Shown here one piece after another: positions 55,488 to 64,000 of a stretch of DNA of 64,000 nucleotides. Numbering within the stretch: the stretch's first letter is position 1; every line of letters starts with the position of its first letter. This stretch comes from an uncultured Lachnospiraceae bacterium. GTDB lineage: Bacteria; Bacillota; Clostridia; Lachnospirales; Lachnospiraceae. Made by a program: the position numbers and the translations under genes. The notes under the pieces were generated by a model. The model did not search any database and was not told the origin of the DNA. It saw only the letters and a program-made list of their open reading frames with translations. Location of the stretch: the NCBI GenBank assembly GCA_964565805.1, contig CAZMGH010000002.1, positions 46,084 through 110,083 on the forward strand, written 5' to 3'.

Positions 55488-56933
55488 GTGGGTGTAATGA
55501 TTGCGAGGCTTTGTCCATACTGCGACCAGCAGATGACAAAAAAACACCATTGTGACAGCTGCGGTAGCTTTGTCTGGAAGGCCAATACCATTAACACAGA
55601 GCAAAAGTATTCCAGCCAGGGCGGCGATTCATGGCAGCCGGAAAAGATGGACGAAGTAAACGATACGCCGCAGGAGCAAAAGTATGTGCCGCCAAAGGAT
55701 ATGGTGACTGTAAAAAAATCACCAAAAAAATCATCACATGCAGGATCTAAAGTGGCAGCAGCTTTGGTCATCGCCATGGTGGTTATATGCATGCTGGGCG
55801 GTGTTATCATGTCTCTGGGCACGATTGTATCAGATTATACAGATGTGGATGATTTTTATGCGGGGGATGAATGGGAAGATGATCCCTGGATCGATCTGTC
55901 CTATGAGGATGTTTCCGATTACACGGAAAACTGTACCGCATATGAGCATTTAGACATTGATGGGGAGGAACTGGCAAAGGCGACAGAAACGTTTCTTTCG
56001 GAGAAAATGTATTCTTTTGACGAAACCCAAAGATATTTTTCCGGCTATTATGAAACAGAGCTTTATGATGAAATCAGCTATGAATGGAACTATGGGGTGA
56101 ATCTTGGGGAAGGCTATGATGAATCTGTATATATCAGCTATGATGCTGTGACCAATGACGTCCATACTATTGATGTTGCCTTATCTTCAAAAGAGGACGG
56201 CGCTGATTATATTTTAATGGTGCTTAAGGACTTTATGGGTGGTGATACGATTCAGCTTTCGGAGATCGAACCATTGTTTGATGAAGAAAATGGCGGATGG
56301 GGATATTATAAAAATTGTGAGATCATGGTTTATGCTTCCGGCTATTTTGACGGCTACAATATTCGTATATATGGGACGACAGTGCCTTTTGATTATGCTC
56401 AGGAGCCGGAGATTCAGGAAATTCCCGCGGAAAGGATTCAGGAGGTAGGGCAGGAGTGTAACGCCAGCGCTCATATGGATCTGTCCAGAGATGAGGCTGT
56501 CTCAGCAATTGAAAATTGGCTTGAGGAAAATGGCCGGTCCGGATACCACTTTGTCAACGATTATGTGTCAAATATGATCCAGACCTATACCCAGCTTGGA
56601 GGCGCGGAATATGAGCGGATTACCTTAAATGATGTATACGAATGGTACAATGATGAAGACGGTACATCCATTTTGATCGAAGCGGATTCCTATTCTGCCA
56701 GGGTGCATATTATTTGTGTCATAGGATTTCCTATGAGTGATGCTGAGGCCGTAATTTTAGGATTGGTACAGGCGGCGGGAACCGGCGATGGAAATGAAAT
56801 TGCCAAGGAGGCTCTGGCTCAGTTTGAAGAGGATGGTTACGCATTTACAGAGTTTGACGGACTGGAGCTATACGTAGGTGAATATAATGATGGCACCTGT
56901 AATATTCAATTGTATGCCGTGGAGATGCGATGA
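55488..56933 (+). CDS. Zinc-ribbon membrane protein with duplicated acidic extracytoplasmic domain
   Basis: CPYC...CDSC N-terminus, one TM helix, two similar acidic domains. Confidence 0.75.
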   Translation: MGVMIARLCPYCDQQMTKKHHCDSCGSFVWKANTINTEQKYSSQGGDSWQPEKMDEVNDTPQEQKYVPPKDMVTVKKSPKKSSHAGSKVAAALVIAMVVICMLGGVIMSLGTIVSDYTDVDDFYAGDEWEDDPWIDLSYEDVSDYTENCTAYEHLDIDGEELAKATETFLSEKMYSFDETQRYFSGYYETELYDEISYEWNYGVNLGEGYDESVYISYDAVTNDVHTIDVALSSKEDGADYILMVLKDFMGGDTIQLSEIEPLFDEENGGWGYYKNCEIMVYASGYFDGYNIRIYGTTVPFDYAQEPEIQEIPAERIQEVGQECNASAHMDLSRDEAVSAIENWLEENGRSGYHFVNDYVSNMIQTYTQLGGAEYERITLNDVYEWYNDEDGTSILIEADSYSARVHIICVIGFPMSDAEAVILGLVQAAGTGDGNEIAKEALAQFEEDGYAFTEFDGLELYVGEYNDGTCNIQLYAVEMR

Positions 56934-57149
56934 TCTTTTTGATCCCCAGTATACTTGAACAAGCGCTGAAAACCAATGGATGTGATACAGGGGGAGATGG
57001 AAGCACATGCGCTGCTTAATTGTATCGAAATCCATACAAGAAAATGGTTGATATTTTCTTGACGGAGTGACTTAAAATGTATTACAATAATATCGAATGT
57101 GAATTATATGAAACACATATATGAACACAAATGAAAGGAGATTTTTTAA

Positions 57150-60683
<3,534 letters not shown>

Positions 60684-60697
60684 TTAATAAAAAGGAA

Positions 60698-60738
60698 AAG
60701 GCTCTGCCATTCCATTGGGATGGCAGAGCCTTGCTTTA
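60698..60738 (+). terminator. Terminator after PFOR
   Basis: AAGGCTCTGCCA...TGGCAGAGCCTT followed by GCTTTA. Confidence 0.7.
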
Positions 60739-60756
60739 TGTGTGCCCGGCGGCAAT

Positions 60757-62262
60757 TCAGCTGTAAGACAGGTTTTCTGACGGATACTCAGCGTCACAGG
60801 TCATATCAATGCCAAGCTTTCGCAAAGTCTGTTCATCATTATGAGTCAGCATTATGGTGGAGTGTCCCTGGATGCCTTTTAACTTAGAAAGCTTATCTAA
60901 AGCCATCTGAGCTGTAGGATTCGTTACAGCGCTGATGCTTAAGGCAATAAGGATCTCTTCCAGACTCAAAGCGCAGTATTTAGAATGAAGGTTATTTTTC
61001 TTAAGATTAATGATCGTCTCCAGCACATTTGGGGAAATGAGCATGATCTCATCAGCGATGCCGGCCAGATGCTTGATGGCATTTAAAATAGCGGCAGCAC
61101 AGGCAACCATAATGTCCGAGCTTTTTCCTGTAATGATGGAGCCGTCCTCCAGTTCCAGGGCTGTGGCTGAAGAAATATCATTATTGCTGAGCTTTTTCAT
61201 GTTTTTCCGAGCATATTCCCGGGCAGGAGCAACCACGGCGCGGTCTTCCTGCTTTAAGCCTACTTCTTCCATGATCAGCTGGATCCGCTGCATGGTAGAT
61301 TCATCCGCCTGGCCTTTTTTATATTCGCAGGCAGTTTTAAAGTATCTGCGTATGATCTCCTGGAGCGATGCCTCACGGACAACATCATCGTCAACGATGC
61401 CATAGCCGATGCGGTTGACACCCATATCTGTGGGGGATTTATAAATAGATTCCGTATTTGTGATTTTTTCAATGATACGGCGGACAACTGGGAACATTTC
61501 CAGATCTCTGTTATAGTTGACCGCAGCAACGCCGTATGCCTCGTAATGGAAATAGTCCATCATATTTACGTCCTTTAAATCCGCAGTAGCAGCCTCATAG
61601 GCAATATTTAACGGATGCTTTAATGGTATATTCCATACAGGAAATGTTTCAAATTTAGAATATCCGGCAGATTTTCCAAGGCGGTACTCATGATACAGCT
61701 GATTTAAGCAAGTAGCCAGCTTTCCGCTGCCCGGTCCCGGAGCTGTAACTACAACGATGGGTTTTGTTGTGGTAATATAAGGATTTTGGCCATAGCCTTC
61801 AGGGCTGACGATAGTATCCACATCTGCCGGATAGCCTTTGATGGCCTTGTGGGTATAAACCTTAATGCTGCGCTGTTCCAGTTTATTAATAAAAACCGTG
61901 GTAGCCGGCTGATGATCAAAGCGTGTGATGACCACACTGTTGACCTCCAGTCCGTATCTTCTCAGATCGTCGATGAGGCGGAGAACATCCATATCGTAGG
62001 TAATGCCAAAATCCCCCCGGATCTTGTTCCGCTCAATATCCCCTGCGTAAACACAGATGATGATTTCCGCCTTGTCCCTTAACTTCTGGAGCAGTTTAAT
62101 TTTAGCATTTTCATCAAAACCAGGCAGGACTCTCTTGGCATGCAGGTCAGAAATAAGCTTTCCGCCAAATTCCAGGTAAAGCTTGTCGTAGTTATTCACA
62201 CGTTCCAGGATATACTGGGACTGTTCTTTGATGTACCTTTCATGATCAAAACCGATTTTCAT
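60757..62262 (-). CDS. DUF1846 (UPF0371) family protein
   Basis: [54 protein letters not shown]. Confidence 0.88.
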   Translation of the reverse strand: MKIGFDHERYIKEQSQYILERVNNYDKLYLEFGGKLISDLHAKRVLPGFDENAKIKLLQKLRDKAEIIICVYAGDIERNKIRGDFGITYDMDVLRLIDDLRRYGLEVNSVVITRFDHQPATTVFINKLEQRSIKVYTHKAIKGYPADVDTIVSPEGYGQNPYITTTKPIVVVTAPGPGSGKLATCLNQLYHEYRLGKSAGYSKFETFPVWNIPLKHPLNIAYEAATADLKDVNMMDYFHYEAYGVAAVNYNRDLEMFPVVRRIIEKITNTESIYKSPTDMGVNRIGYGIVDDDVVREASLQEIIRRYFKTACEYKKGQADESTMQRIQLIMEEVGLKQEDRAVVAPAREYARKNMKKLSNNDISSATALELEDGSIITGKSSDIMVACAAAILNAIKHLAGIADEIMLISPNVLETIINLKKNNLHSKYCALSLEEILIALSISAVTNPTAQMALDKLSKLKGIQGHSTIMLTHNDEQTLRKLGIDMTCDAEYPSENLSYS

Positions 62263-62462
62263 AGTCTCCTCCTTTTCGGCCATCGCCGGCTTACGGTTGT
62301 GTATAAGTATTTATCCATAAAATACATCTACCTATTATAGCATGTTTTAGTTGAAGAGCAAACAACAAAATCGACAAATTTTAAAACTTGCAAAGCACTG
62401 AAAAATCCGATATGATGATAGAAGTATATGTATATTTTTGGGATAGGAGTTTGATTAACAGA

Positions 62463-63770
62463 ATGGTCATCCGAAATGAGCTTGAAAATAAAATTCGTGT
62501 TGTCATGGAACCCATGGAAAATTACAGATCCGTCTCTATCGGTGTGTTGGTACAGGCCGGATCAGGGGATGAAACCCCGGAAAATAACGGAATCGCCCAT
62601 GTGACAGAGCATATGGTCTTTAAAGGGACAAAAACCCGGTCAGCCAGGGAGATTGCTGATGCTATGACCGGGATCGGCGATCATGTGGACGCGTATACCA
62701 GTAAAGAATGTACGTGCTTTTATACCCGCACCTTAGGGGAGTATGCCTATGAGGCTTTGGATATTATTGGAGATATGCTTATGAATGCCCGGCTGGATCC
62801 GGAAGATATGAAAAAAGAGTTGGGGATCATTTTAGATGAAATTGATATGTATTCGGATGACGCGGATGAGCTGTGCCATGAGCTTCTTCAGAAGGAAGTG
62901 TGGGGCGACCATCCTCTGGGCTATATTATTTCCGGGGAAAAGGAGATCGTCCGTAATTTTACTCCGGAAGATGTGAAAAAATTCATGGGCCAGTATTATA
63001 CAGGACGGCATTTGGTGATTTCTGTAGCAGGAAATTTTCAGCCAAAACCCATGCTTGACCACATCCAAAAGCTTTTTGGCTCTATTCCTGCAGGTGAAAG
63101 GCTGCCCAAACGAGCGGCGCCGGTATATCGTCCGGCTATGGTTTGTGTCCATAAGGATATTGAACAGATGCATCTGGATCTGGCCTTTGACTGTATTTCC
63201 TGCGACCACCCGGATAAATATGTATTAAGTGTTGTCAACAGTATCTTAGGGGGCAATGGCAATTCCAGGCTTTTTCAGGAAGTTCGGGAGGATAAAGGAC
63301 TGGCTTATACGGTGTATTCTTATGGAAGCTCATTTAAAAACTGCGGATTGTTTCAGGTTTATGCGGCCATGACTCCGGAACAGACACCCCAGGTGCTGGA
63401 AGCGGCATTTAAAGCCATTGACGGTATGTGTCAGGCCCCTGTGGGGGCGGATGAACTGGCCCTAACAAAGCGTCAGATCCGAACAGAGCTGTATATGGCG
63501 GCGGAGAGCCCCCGCAACCGGATGGAATCCAATGCCAAGGCAGGGCTTTATGATGAAGAGCTGGAAACCATTGAAGAAACCGTGGCCTATGTGGAGGCCG
63601 TTACGGTTCAGGATGTGAGCGCATTTATGAAAAAGTACATTCACCTGGATAAAATGGGGGTAGCTCTTGTTGGAAACTTTGCGCCCATGGACACGAATGC
63701 TGTAAATGATGTGCTGAAAAAATGGGGGATCCCCTTAAAATGTAAAACTGTGCAGACCGTGAGAAAATGA
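62463..63770 (+). CDS. M16 (pitrilysin) family zinc peptidase
   Basis: Inverted zinc motif HVTEH, AYTSKECTCFY, SRLFQEVREDKGLAYTVYS. Confidence 0.92.
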   Translation: MVIRNELENKIRVVMEPMENYRSVSIGVLVQAGSGDETPENNGIAHVTEHMVFKGTKTRSAREIADAMTGIGDHVDAYTSKECTCFYTRTLGEYAYEALDIIGDMLMNARLDPEDMKKELGIILDEIDMYSDDADELCHELLQKEVWGDHPLGYIISGEKEIVRNFTPEDVKKFMGQYYTGRHLVISVAGNFQPKPMLDHIQKLFGSIPAGERLPKRAAPVYRPAMVCVHKDIEQMHLDLAFDCISCDHPDKYVLSVVNSILGGNGNSRLFQEVREDKGLAYTVYSYGSSFKNCGLFQVYAAMTPEQTPQVLEAAFKAIDGMCQAPVGADELALTKRQIRTELYMAAESPRNRMESNAKAGLYDEELETIEETVAYVEAVTVQDVSAFMKKYIHLDKMGVALVGNFAPMDTNAVNDVLKKWGIPLKCKTVQTVRK

Positions 63771-63798
63771 TGCTTCCCAGGAAAGGCGGATTAAAAAC

Positions 63799-63897
63799 AT
63801 GAGCAAAAATGAATTTTTAAAGGAACTTAGAGATTATCCCACCGGGCAGATCAGCGCCACTTGCTATGTTATGAAGCACTGGGGAGATTGGCAATGA
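63799..63897 (+). pseudogene. Probable DUF1700-family N-terminal remnant
   Basis: RBS + MSKNEFLKELRDY..GQIS resembles the DUF1700/HAAS start; the ORF ends after 32 codons in an ATGA overlap with rlmH. Confidence 0.45.
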
Positions 63898-64000
63898 AGA
63901 TTACGCTGCTGACGGTGGGAAAGGTTAAAGAAACGTTTTATGTGCAGGCCATCAGCGAGTTTTCCAAGCGGCTGAGCCGTTACTGCCGCCTGGAGATCAT
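63894..64000 (+). CDS. rlmH: 23S rRNA m3-psi1915 methyltransferase (runs off the window end)
   Basis: MKITLLTVGKVKETFYVQAISEFSKRLSRYCRLEI. Confidence 0.9.
   Translation, partial: MKITLLTVGKVKETFYVQAISEFSKRLSRYCRLEI

Noticed and set aside
57095-57135. Possible Rex box upstream of PFOR (ATGTGAATTATATGAAAC)
   Set aside because: Biologically plausible but too many mismatches in an AT-rich stretch.

Overview
A 64-kb chromosomal segment that looks clostridial (Lachnospiraceae-like). In order it contains: an OB-fold lipoprotein with a CUT1-type ABC transporter; Rrf2 regulator plus metY; an IS5 scar followed by GH127, a PK-C-like protein and GH78; rqcH and the conserved yloC-remA-gmk-rpoZ-(pyrF)-priA-def-fmt-rsmB-rlmN-stp-pknB-rsgA-rpe-thiN cluster; a Suv3-like helicase; and an FMN-dependent alpha-hydroxy-acid dehydrogenase. 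The strongest candidate for an uncharacterised system is a tightly coupled five-gene operon (34816-39462): circularly permuted ATP-grasp ligase, alpha-E protein, transglutaminase, an intact M14/AstE-like hydrolase and a paralogue lacking its zinc ligands. Its leader has an ANTAR-like hexaloop hairpin overlapping an intrinsic terminator. Further on are a flavin reductase, an AEC transporter, a patch of decayed genes, orphan rhaD, dus, a LacI-controlled isomerase/split transketolase/FGGY kinase/nucleoside-hydrolase-like cluster (possibly apiose catabolism), fucO with a TetR regulator, a duplicated-domain membrane protein, PFOR, DUF1846, an M16 peptidase and the start of rlmH. No rRNA, tRNA or CRISPR array was seen. 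All calls come from motif recognition by eye; no searches or folding were run.
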